A stretch of DNA of 63,197 bases, the filler included, from Guillardia theta CCMP2712 (lineage: Eukaryota; Protista; Cryptophyta): the NCBI RefSeq assembly GCF_000315625.1. It is 4 parts of 4 records of this genome, joined end to end, with 100 filler letters (N's around TTAATTAATTAA, not from the genome) between each part and the next. Parts side by side here need not be neighbours in the genome. Positions count along the whole stretch, not along the records: positions 1 to 13,079 come from NW_005434307.1; 3 more parts are not named here. One strand, given 5' to 3'. Under the pieces are notes generated by a model. The model had not been told where the DNA came from and searched no databases. It saw only the letters and a program-made list of their open reading frames with translations. Below are positions 1 to 11,106 of this stretch, piece by piece; the stretch's first letter is position 1; every line of letters begins with the position of its first letter. Both the position numbers and the translations under genes were made by a program.

Positions 1-1314
1 CGGCCCCCGGAGAGATCAGGCCCCCGGCCAATCTCCGGACACTTAGCCTCCTGGCGGGCCTCCAGGGGGTCTGAGGCGGGGCTGAAGGCTGCAGTCGGTC
101 TACTGACGGGCCCGGCCGGCAGGATCCGTCGAGAAACAGGGGGGTCAAGGGAGGTTTTCTTCCCCCTGGGAGAAATGTCCTATGGGTTTTTGGATCTGCG
201 ATATAAAAAAGTCTTGTCTCGGTCACGTGATGTGTCACGTGACCGGTCAGGTGAGCCTGTCAGCCGGGTCACGGCCCCTGTCAGCCGGCTGACATGTCAC
301 GGGCCTGCTGACACGGTCCGCTGACCGGTCACGGCCGCCCGGAGAGATCAGGCCCCCGGCCAATCTCCGGACACTTAGCCTCCTGGCGGGCCTCCAGGGG
401 GTCTGAGGCGGGGCTGAAGGCTGCAGTCGGTCTACTGACGGGCCCGGCCGGCAGGATCCGTCGAGAAACAGGGGGGTCAAGGGAGGTTTTCTTCCCCCTG
501 GGAGAAATGTCCTATGGGTTTTTGGATCTGCGATATAAAAAAGTCTTGTCTCGGTCACGTGATGTGTCACGTGACCGGTCAGGTGAGCCTGTCAGCCGGG
601 TCACGGCCCCTGTCAGCCGGCTGACATGTCACGGGCCTGCTGACACGGTCCGCTGACCGGTCACGGCCGCCCGGAGAGATCAGGCCCCCGGCCAATCTCC
701 GGACACTTAGCCTCCTGGCGGGCCTCCAGGGGGTCTGAGGCGGGGCTGAAGGCTGCAGTCGGTCTACTGACGGGCCCGGCCGGCAGGATCCGTCGAGAAA
801 CAAATGTCCTATGGGTTTTTGGATCTGCGATATAAAAAAGTCTTGTCTCGGTCACGTGATGTGTCACGTGACCGGTCAGGTGAGCCTGTCAGCCGGGTCA
901 CGGCCCCTGTCAGCCGGCTGACATGTCACGGGCCTGCTGACACGGTCCGCTGACCGGTCACGGCCGCCCGGAGAGATCAGGCCCCCGGCCAATCTCCGGA
1001 CACTTAGCCTCCTGGCGGGCCTCCAGGGGGTCTGAGGCGGGGCTGAAGGCTGCAGTCGGTCTACTGACGGGCCCGGCCGGCAGGATCCGTCGAGAAACAG
1101 GGGGGTCAAGGGAGGTTTTCTTCCCCCTGGGAGAAATGTCCTATGGGTTTTTGGATCTGCGATATAAAAAAGTCTTGTCTCGGTCACGTGATGTGTCACG
1201 TGACCGGTCAGGTGAGCCTGTCAGCCGGGTCACGGCCCCTGTCAGCCGGCTGACATGTCACGGGCCTGCTGACACGGTCCGCTGACCGGTCACGGCCGCC
1301 CGGAGAGATCAGGC
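1..1314. repeat. 332-bp tandem repeat array, block 1 (about 4 monomers; one has a 35-bp deletion)
   Basis: Identical ORF copies at 247/579/876/1208 give periods of 332, 297 and 332 bp; monomers are essentially identical by eye. Confidence 0.97.
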
Positions 1315-1765
1315 CATTCTGGGGTCTTTTGTGGAAGTCGTTTCTTAACAAATCGACGATATTTGTATTTCGTTTCTCAGGGGAGGGGTGGATACCGACC
1401 CCTCCGTTTTTGCGGGGTATTAAGCTGGTTTTTGGTCGGTGGGGGTACTTGTAGAATTCCCGGGTCACCTCGAACTTGAGCTAGCACTGGGTAAGTCGAA
1501 AAGACTCCTCTTAGATTACCGTTACGATTCAATTTGAAGTAACGAGTGGTCAAAAAGTACCCCACCCCACATCTTACAATGCATGAAGGGGGTTCAGAGC
1601 CCAAATTTCGAATCATTGTTATTTGACCTGAATCACTACCCCCTACCCCCAATCCAGATGAAATCGCTGGAAAAAATAAGGTAGAGGTGGTCTTATTCCT
1701 CTACTCCACAGGGCGACACCACAGGCCAGGGCAAGAGGCGATGGGGAAGGCACCTTACCAACGCG

Positions 1766-3375
1766 CTAGATACGATTATGCAAGCTTAGAGACTTCGAAT
1801 CTTGATGTAGTCTAACATGATTGAAAGCAGAACTATGAAAGTGTTGCCATCTGGCATGCATGCCTCGATTTACGGACAGCCGATATCCCTCACTCTGGTG
1901 ATAAAACCATTCAGCGTGTGGTGGATACAAAATTACGTTGCAAAGGCGTGCTGCAACTTGCTGCATTGCTTGATAGTACATATGCGTTCGACTCGATGAC
2001 GATAGAGCGATTCAAAACCATCATGATTCTGTGGATAGTTCGACAGATTGATCACTTCTTGGATACACAGCAGAGCTGGCTTTTCGCATCCTTGTTCAAA
2101 ATCCTTGTTCAAATCAGTCTCCCACAGAGCGGCCTTTAGGTAAGATAGCCCTACAACTTGCATCATCGGACTATCGCTTTCTTCCGAAGTCCAGGCTCTT
2201 CCTGCCCCGCGTGAACTTAATGCCGACGTCGTGTTGGGCGACACTTCAAGTTTCACATGGATACGCCATGTTCTCGCCAAAGTGCTAATGAAGACTTACA
2301 AATGCTTTGCGATGTTCCATCTCGTTCATTCTTACTGAAATATACCACCTTGAAGTGTGCTTGTGCTTGTGTTGTTCTACATCCTGCACCATGCGCTTGC
2401 AGCACTGGGTTGAATTGAATACATCAACTGTCATTTCTCATGTCTACACCTGAGTGTATGCATGCGTGCATATCATGGAAAGAAACATGTCATCTTACGA
2501 TTTCCAAATAGTGATGCATGTTAGCGTTGTAAATGCTAATGCTAAACATCACTGGTTTTGCTTGTCAATGACAACTTGAGCAAATCACAAGAGGTTTTCA
2601 CAATTACAAGAAGCATGCATACATGATGCGGTTGACTTGACAAGAAATTCACACAAACATTTGTTGGTTCATTTATGTGCATGTCTCCTTTATGTATGGA
2701 ACGCATCATTAGGACTCTAAGCTTACGGTTGAACATGATTGCAATGAAAGAAACCTTAATGAAACGATGAAAGAATCCTGAAAGAAGGTATGAGTGTATG
2801 CTAACATCACAAAAAGTGAAAGCTCTCAACAAAATTAACCATCCGTGAAAGTTCAAGATTGCGCGCACTGGCTGCAATGGACTTCGCGAAGCAAACCTAG
2901 CAAGTAAGACATATTGAAGTGCACGGTACGCTGAAAGGGGAAAAAATGTTTACGTGTATGAGATTGCTCTCAATCACAGCGTCAACTTTGTGAACATTCC
3001 ATGGATTCATATTGCTCTTTTTATCATTATAATGTTGAATTGAACAATGCTCACTGTCATGCATAGTGAAACCCTCGACTTCAAAATGTCACAACCATCG
3101 AAGGTGTTGGAGCTTTGAATCATCGAATATTTCCATGCTTTCTGTTCTTTGTCACTGTCCGAAAATGTTTCTGACACTATTCATATCAGCATTTTAACCC
3201 ATTGCAGCAAGAAAATTCCAAGGCTGTCGAACACTGTTGCATTCGTCGCTCCTAGTTTCCATCAAACGACGAAACAAACCTTCTCCCGGTAGATATACTG
3301 GCAAAGTGCCATGTAGGGCTTGACAACGGTCTTGCATGGCACGGTACGAAGAGCTTCCTTGTCAAGATGCGCCAT
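1766..3375 (-). CDS. Putative intron-rich passenger gene of unknown function inside the TIR element
   Basis: ATG at about 3375 (MAHLDKEALRTVPCKTVVKPYMALCQYIYREK) followed by a gtttgt donor and several short GT-AG introns; ORF pieces 1933-2280 and 1766-1981. No family recognised. Confidence 0.35.
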
Positions 3376-3445
3376 GTTGCAGTTATCTGTAACTTAACCT
3401 TGCACAGGCCGTGAGCGTGTGTAAGGCATGAAACTCAGGAGGAAA

Positions 3446-3625
3446 TAAATTTCGGAGGAGAGCAGAGAGATCCAGAAGCGTTGTGACTGAGAGGGCTGAA
3501 GAATGGAGAGCGAAGAGTACAACTTGCAAGGGCAGTAAATTTCGGAGGAGAGCAGAGAGATCCAGAAGCGTTGTGACTGAGAGGGCTGAAGAATGGAGAG
3601 CGAAGAGTACAACTTGCAAGGGCAG
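3446..3625. repeat. 90-bp direct tandem duplication within the TIR element
   Basis: ttcggaggagagcagagagatccag at both 3451 and 3541. Confidence 0.9.
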
Positions 3626-3848
3626 GCAAGGCCCGAGGGAGGAGGGGCAGCTCAGGGGGAAGCGTGGAAGGGAGGGGAAGGCGTGTGCCCCGGCTTCAAA
3701 ATTTAAAAAGCCATTAATAAACAGGATTTGGACATGAACCTGAAATATTACTAATTAGATTTCAGGTATAGCTGAAAATCGTCATATGACCCCCCTTTCC
3801 CCACCCACCACCCTCCAGACTACAACTTCCACAAAAGACCCCAGAATG

Positions 3849-4358
3849 GGCCCCCGGCCAATCTCCGGACACTTAGCCTCCTGGCGGGCCTCCAGGGGGT
3901 CTGAGGCGGGGCTGAAGGCTGCAGTCGGTCTACTGACGGGCCCGGCCGGCAGGATCCGTCGAGAAACAGGGGGGTCAAGGGAGGTTTTCTTCCCCCTGGG
4001 AGAAATGTCCTATGGGTTTTTGGATCTGCGATATAAAAAAGTCTTGTCTCGGTCACGTGATGTGTCACGTGACCGGTCAGGTGAGCCTGTCAGCCGGGTC
4101 ACGGCCCCTGTCAGCCGGCTGACATGTCACGGGCCTGCTGACACGGTCCGCTGACCGGTCACGGCCGCCCGGAGAGATCAGGCCCCCGGCCAATCTCCGG
4201 ACACTTAGCCTCCTGGCGGGCCTCCAGGGGGTCTGAGGCGGGGCTGAAGGCTGCAGTCGGTCTACTGACGGGCCCGGCCGGCAGGATCCGTCGAGAAACA
4301 GGGGGGTCAAGGGAGGTTTTCTTCCCCCTGGGAGAAATGTCCTATGGGTTTTTGGATC
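3849..4358. repeat. 332-bp satellite, block 2 (about 1.5 monomers)
   Basis: Same monomer sequence as block 1. Confidence 0.97.
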
Positions 4359-7300
4359 GGGGTATTCGACAGAAACGCGCAGATTGTTTCGTTTCACAGA
4401 CCTAAAACCTGAAGTATTTTAAAGGATACTCTTCTATGCCTTCACGGGTCCAAACAGGGCAATGTCATGTAAAGGGGGTGGGTACTATTTGGTACCAATT
4501 AATAATTATTAATAATAGTTTTATTCTTACGGTACAAAAGTACTTTTGAATCCGACCACCCCACCACTTCCCACTCATTAACCCCCCTAGTTCACTCCAA
4601 CCACCACCCCTACCCCTCTTTGTACGAGAACGTATCTTCTCACAGGGGTGGTCGTCATACCCCTACAGTACCCCCTCCTTGCAGCCTGAGATACTATATC
4701 CAGCAGGGGTACTTCATCACTTTGTTGGAAAGTCTACAGTACCCCCTCCTGGCAGCCTGACATACTATACCCAGGAGGGGTGCTACATCACCTCGTCGGA
4801 AACCCTCAGTACGTTTCCAACGCACTCCTCCCTCCTTCACTCATCCCACATTGTTGCAGAGTATGTCATTGGCACAAAACTGTTGCAAACCTTGTTAAGG
4901 GTCGCACAATCTGTGGGAAACTCTGCAGTTCTCTATGTCATCTGTTCGTCAGACCATCTCTTACTTGTCAGAGCTACTCCCAATGTGATCCTCCACTACA
5001 TGTTATGCCCATTGCACGTTGTCGGCACATTATTGGTATGAATTACTGACGTTGGTGAATGTTGTTATGGCAACTTTTATCGTTCAGTCCGTTCATGCGC
5101 GTTTATCTTGGAAGTACCTTTCTGCTACGTTGCAATACTAGTATGGAATTTGTAAACTCCTTGTTACAAGGCATGCATCACTCCACGTTTACTCCTTCAC
5201 CTGACAAATACACGTGTCTCAACAACCTTTCCATCGCTTGCCGGATCTCGTCTATGTCCCTTTGGCCAAATGAATTCACTGCCATGTTACCAGACAGGCA
5301 GTCAGCTATTCCGCATAGAAATATGCCACATGACGATGTATCAGTCTGTCTCGGGATCTGAAAGTCGGTGAATAAGTTGAAAGTCGGTGAACAACATCGG
5401 CGATGTCAAGATTCTCTACTGACCTGGTTCGAAGTCATGTATTCCTGCTGCCAAACCTCCCCTCCATCTAATCCCTCTTGCTGCCATTGATATCGCAAGA
5501 AATCTGTCACCCAGGATAACTGGTTTGCTTTCGTGAAGAGATGCGCATACCTGCGACTATTTCCATATACGCCGATGGTGTGTCATGTCTGGGATCGTAT
5601 AACCTGTCAATCCATCATTCCCAAGTAGGCAACCACCTTTCCTCATCCAAATGCAGTGTTCAATGTTTCCACACACACACCTGATCACTTTCGTCCGAGG
5701 CTCTACAACCATCAAACTCCAATGCACGCCTTGAATACTACCCGTGCCGTCCTGGTTCAGCTCACCCGTGTTCACAGGGATCATAATTCGCTTGTGAGTC
5801 GACCACGTCCCTGTTGGAAACCATCGTCGTAGTGAGTTGTAACCCTCAGCGATTGCGTCCTTCGACTGTCATGTCACATCAGAATGAATGGAATGTGGTA
5901 ATCAATTGCTACCTTTGCAAGTTCGTGATATAGTCTCAACCTTGTGAAGAAGAAGGTAGATACAATGAAGTTGTTTCCTTCGCCATCCTCAGCCTGTGCT
6001 CCTCTCATTCGACGGTACGCCATTTCGCGTATGATTAGCAACTGTAAGAAAGCATTGATGGCCTCGTCTCGTACCCATTCACCATGTTGTAACACTCTGA
6101 CGTCCTCGTTTGACAGAGTTGATTGTGAAATCACAAAACCCCGTTTCTGTGTTATGTACTCCATTACAACTTTCCTGCTGTACTGCTCTGTCCCGATCCA
6201 TCTCTTGAGATATTCGCACCTTACATTTGTATCAAGTCGACGTGACAAATTTGACGGTCCTGGCTCTCCCAAATCTTCACCTTCTTCGGAGTCTTGTGAC
6301 ATTCCCGCAGCTTCCTGTACGTTCAGTTCTGCATTCAGGAAGTCTACCCCCGTTGACGGATTATGGTTTGCCACGTGAGGGGCGTTCTCTTGTTGCGCTT
6401 CATTGTTGCCTGTGTCGATCTTCTTGCAAGTACGTTTGTTGTGCCCGACCTCCCCACAGTTTCCGCAACATCGTTGTCGTTTTGGTGGAGGGTCGCTGTG
6501 TCCGTTTGTGTTGGCGATGTCATCATCTGTCATGCTTGAGGCAGGCAAGGAGCTTTTCTTCGACGACCCATGTCGCTTCTTCTCGGACAAACCCTTGTTG
6601 GGTATTCTGCCTTTCGGTCGTCCTGCACGCTTGGCTTTACACGGTGGAGGATCCAGCTTTGTATCGTCATTTCGAGGGAACCGTATGTCGTCTTGATGAG
6701 GAATCGATTGTCCAATTTCAAAGTCTTCGTGTTGAAAAGCGGCATGCATAGTATCACCCAACCAGATTTTGTCATACAGAGATGTGATGAGCTCTCTACC
6801 ACTTGTCTTCCCCTTGTGTATCTTGTTATAGACAGATATAGCATGCATACAAGCTCTGCCTGTCTGCTCCCATTGCCAGCAAGGTCTACATTGTCGTTTT
6901 CCCAGACTTACGATGGACATAACTTTGTTTGACTGCGCAGTCCGCACCGTCACTGTCGTCACTCCTTCGTTACCAACAGTATCTGATACAACACATCTTG
7001 TGCTTGCCGTGCACGCCTTCTCATGCTCTTGCAAAACTTTCTTGCATAGGAACAGACTAGGCTCTTGCCCTGGTGGAGGGTTGTGAGTATGGTATAATTT
7101 CTGCAGTATTTCCATCCAACGCTCAGCCAGTATCTGGAAAAATCTCAATGGATCCGATGATCTGGACAGATTATGACGGAGCCTTGCATTTTCACTTTCA
7201 GTATTGTTGTTGCATCGTACTCCATAAGTCCTGATATATGAACCACGGTTGCCAGAAGAATCGTTTGGCTCTTTGCATTGCGCATACCTTGCCTGCTCAG

Positions 7301-9528
7301 TCCAAATGAACGACACACGATCATAAAACCCAGTGCTTACCCAACACTTGTGATCTATAGCATCGAGGTAATCATGTGCCACTGGATTGTGCTCTTGCAG
7401 GAGTGTCATAGCTTCGTCGAATTGGCGCACAGTCACTGCAGACTAATGTGTGTCAAGGACAAGTCATCATTTGTCAACAGACCTGTGCTTGCCAGAAGAA
7501 TGGTTCAGTGGCAGGACATGTGCGTTTCCCTTTCTTGGTAAGACAAGGGGCATGTTGTTCTGTGAACATGTGTGACCCATCACGATTGGAATCGAAGATG
7601 ATGACGATACCTCTACAATGTTGGTTGATGTTGCATAGCAAGTGGAAGCAACAGAAGATAACATCGGCTTCAGGCATAGCACGTCGCACCCCGGCCAGGA
7701 TTGCCTTGCCCCGGTCGGTGATAATGGTCAAAGGCCCAGATTCGCGAGATAACCATTCGTTCAATCCAGTAGCCTTCAGTTGGTCCCACATGAAAGCAGT
7801 ATTTTCTTCCGTCTCATCACCAGCCACGGAGCCTTCTTCTTTCCAGGAAGCAAACACCCCTGTTACCATTGCGTGTGAATCAAGCAAACAAGCCAAAGAG
7901 CATCAGAAGATACCTACTGCGAGTGGGACGATGGTATTAGTACCCAACCGCGCTTCAATCACCATTACTTTACCAGAATACCACCTGTATAGAATCATTA
8001 CACTACAACAAAACCGGAAACAATAAGGAGTCAAGTGGTATACCTGTGTGTGATGTGACAGAAGTCCTGTCCAAGAAGGCGCAGACCAACCGTCTTCACC
8101 AAATGGATTATGGTTCCATTCGCAAGAAATGCTCCACTGAAAGAATTCCCCCTACTGGAACGTACCGGTGACATGACAACACCGCGGCTACCCTTGTTCA
8201 AGGAGGTATATTCCTCGATCCACTTCTCCAGAAGGAGATAGGAATCCCGATAATCGTCCCAAGACCCACTTTCAACCTGGGTTCGAGCCTTGAATATATT
8301 AGCAAGACTAACATCTACACCCAATTCAGACTTGATCGCAACTTGCAACTCCTTAGCGGTCATACGGGTTGGATGCAAACCACCGCCATCACCAATCGAG
8401 GGGGATAGCAATGAACGAAAGTATTCGTTATTCACCAAGAATCGTATAGTGCCCCTTCCCACAGAAGTACACATGGGTCTGCAATGTCGAGTAATGCTAT
8501 TCTGCACATCTATATACCAGTAACTCTTATATCTCTGAGCAAGGCTCTCAGATTTCTTGACAAGCAAATGGTACCTGTCCACCGGCATTTACAGGATAAA
8601 CGTGCTCTCATCCAAATGTTACCTGCATCCTTTACACGTACACAAAATCAGATATGAATTGAATCCTGAAGGAGCTCGTTGAACACGAACACCCTTGTTC
8701 CCATCAAGAAAGTTGATTGCTTGTACATAAGACGTACACTGTTTACGTTTGTGGAAACGTTTGCCTTGAAGCTTGGAAGCATGACATCCGGAAGGGACAA
8801 TGGAAGAGGGAGTTCCTCTTAGCATATGGTGGACAGGGGAAAGGGGCGGGGCAGGGGCTGGCGAGATGGAATGCATCCCAGTAGAACCATATTTGTTCAC
8901 AGACAGCACGGGACGAAGAGAACCTTGCTGAAAATCATCGTCTGACATACCCTCTATATCAAGAGGACTGCCTGAGTGATTACAATCAGGTGGACCAGCA
9001 ACACCTGATTCAGGCACATGCTGTGAAGCATCATCATCACCTACTGGTTGTCCTGCCAGCATTGTTGTGTTACTAACATTCACCGAAGCTGGTTCTGCCA
9101 GTTCTTCGTACAGACGACTAGCCGCTTCCACGAGGTTGCCGTCAAGGCTCCATCCCACGATTTGATATCCCTTCGAGATAACTTGTCCTATACGAAGATT
9201 GCAAGGAAGCCCCAACAGAGAACGGACTGTTTCAACATGGTGCATGAACGATGTGGGCTTCTGAGCTGGCATGGGCGTCCGCGGCGTGCTGGAAAGGCCA
9301 GATTGATTGGCGGGAAAATAGTACCAAGTATAGCAGTTTGTACGGGGGCGTACTACGGTACTTCAGCAATAATTGTTTGTAAAATGGAATGTAACTTAAA
9401 TTAGTACCGAAATAGATATTTTTATAATGTTAACAATAATTTAATAGGCGTTACTATCCATATAATTTGTACTATCTGTCTAATTGTCCTACATCCATAT
9501 ATTTCTGCGCGTTTATGTCGAATTCCCC
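4359..9528 (-). mobile_element. Mutator-like element (MULE), apparently complete, about 5.17 kb
   Basis: Imperfect TIRs ggggtattcgacagaaacgcgcaga / tctgcgcgtttatgtcgaattcccc; 10-bp TSD tttttggatc at 4349-4358 and 9529-9538; internal MULE transposase. Confidence 0.95.
5200..9272 (-). CDS. Multi-exon MULE transposase with SWIM finger, CCHC knuckle and C-terminal Ulp1 (peptidase C48) domain
   Basis: IITDRGKAILAGVRRAMPEADVIFCCFHLLCNI (MULE D...CxxH); CRPCWQWEQTGRACMHA (SWIM); CGNCGEVGHNKRTC; LQHGEWVRDEAINAFL..STFFFTRL; IPVN...HWSLMVV (5557-5784); IPRQTDTSSCGIFLC (about 5310-5358). Confidence 0.88.
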
Positions 9529-9574
9529 TTTTTGGATCTGCGATATAAAAAAGTCTTGTCTCGGTCACGTGATG

Positions 9575-11106
9575 TGATGGAACGTATGCCAGCCGTGCCA
9601 GTCAGATAGCGCCGAGTTAACAAAAACTCTCCTGTAAACCAAGACGACTTACGTGGCAAGGCGGACGATGTAGCGTGTGGGACGAAGAGGGGGGCTTTCC
9701 TAGCCGTCTTGCTAAGGTCCTCTCATGTCTGGATGCTTGGGTTTCACATCCTAGCATACAGTCTATCTCTCATGTGCTCCTCAATTCTGGTTTTGTGTGC
9801 ATTAATCTCGGTCTTGAGCAAAAACTGTCTTGTTACAACTAAGGTCGATGTGATATCTGCGTGACTTTGGACTAGTACAAGTCTAACAAACTTGTATTCT
9901 GTCGGTTATGGGCCCCGATTACATGCTCAATCATGTTGATCTTATATTTGGTTAGTTGAATTGTTTACTGGAGTTTTTTTTCTTTCTTGGTATTGTTTTC
10001 CCGTTGCTGTTGAAAATTCATGCAAATTCTATCAAGCTTTACACATTCGGATGACTCCTCTCTTCAATCAGGCTCTCTCTCTAGCCGCAAGTTGTTTAGG
10101 CCTCTCATCTCAGCCTCAATTTGTTTGATTGATCTTCGAATAGGAAAAACAAGCCTTTCCCCAGCCAGATTGGTCGGTCGAATATCTGCTTAACCGTGTG
10201 GAAACGCACTTGAAGCTGATTCGATTCTTATTTTCTTGATCTTTGAGTAGGATCAAATGGAACTCCCAGGAGATCTGGCGGAAGTTTCATGTCATGGAGC
10301 TAGGCTGTGGCATGCATAACTGGAGCTACTTCTGGATCGGCGAACAAGGTACTACTGCACAACAATCTTCAAATGCCTTGAAACGGATGTTCCAATCTTG
10401 CGGCAGCAATCTCTGGTCACAAGTTCTTTACGGTTCAAAAATTTATCTTTTGGTCTTCAAATGCCGGCGGGCACGCTCTCTCTCCCTCTCCATCTCTCTT
10501 ATCTTCTCTCTCTTCAGACTCTCTTATCCTATCCTCCATCTCTCGTCATTGCATCCGCTCGCCAGGCATCTCCCCTTATCTCTGTGCCGCACATCTAACA
10601 GCCCTGCATGAAAATCTTCTTCAGAATGGACAATCCTTGAATGGTTATTGCCCACTCAGCATGACTGTGAACTTGACGTTGTATCATCGTATCTTGACTT
10701 GGATCTGCTGTAATTCTCTTGGTTGAGTGACTTTCTGACGTCCGATGTAACGTACTATTTCAGAAACTCGGGGGGAGGATGGAACGTATGCCAGCCGTGC
10801 CAGTCAGATAGCGCCGAGTTAACAAAAACTCTCCTGTAAACCAAGACGACTTACGTGGCAAGGCGGACGATGTAGCGTGTGGGACGAAGAGGGGGGCTTT
10901 CCTAGCCGTCTTGCTAAGGTCCTCTCATGTCTGGATGCTTGGGTTTCACATCCTAGCATACAGTCTATCTCTCATGTGCTCCTCAATTCTGGTTTTGTGT
11001 GCATTAAACTCGGTCTTGAGCAAAAACTGTCTTGTTACAACTAAGGTCGATGTGATATCTGCGTGACTTTGGACTAGTACAAGTCTAACAAACTTGTATT
11101 CCGTCA
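9575..11106 (+). mobile_element. Non-autonomous LTR retrotransposon (TRIM-like, copia/hemivirus-type primer)
   Basis: Two 329-bp LTRs (9575-9903, 10778-11106) differing at about 2 positions; outer termini tgatggaa...ttccgtca; PBS ggttatgggcccc at 9904; polypurine tract ggggggag at 10770-10777; about 870-bp interior without gag/pol. Confidence 0.9.

Larger units (their letters stand above)
1315..3848. mobile_element. Non-autonomous TIR DNA transposon, CACTA/CMC-like, inserted in the satellite
   Basis: TIR cattctggggtcttttgtggaagt (1315-1338) and its reverse complement (3825-3848); 3-bp TSD GGC at 1312-1314 and 3849-3851; the satellite resumes in register. No transposase motif recognised. Confidence 0.85.

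Noticed and set aside
180-215. Sm-site-like gtttttgg and TATA suggesting an snRNA or SL RNA gene array
   Set aside because: No recognisable U1/U2/U4/U5/U6, 5S or SL sequence; kept only as a testable possibility.
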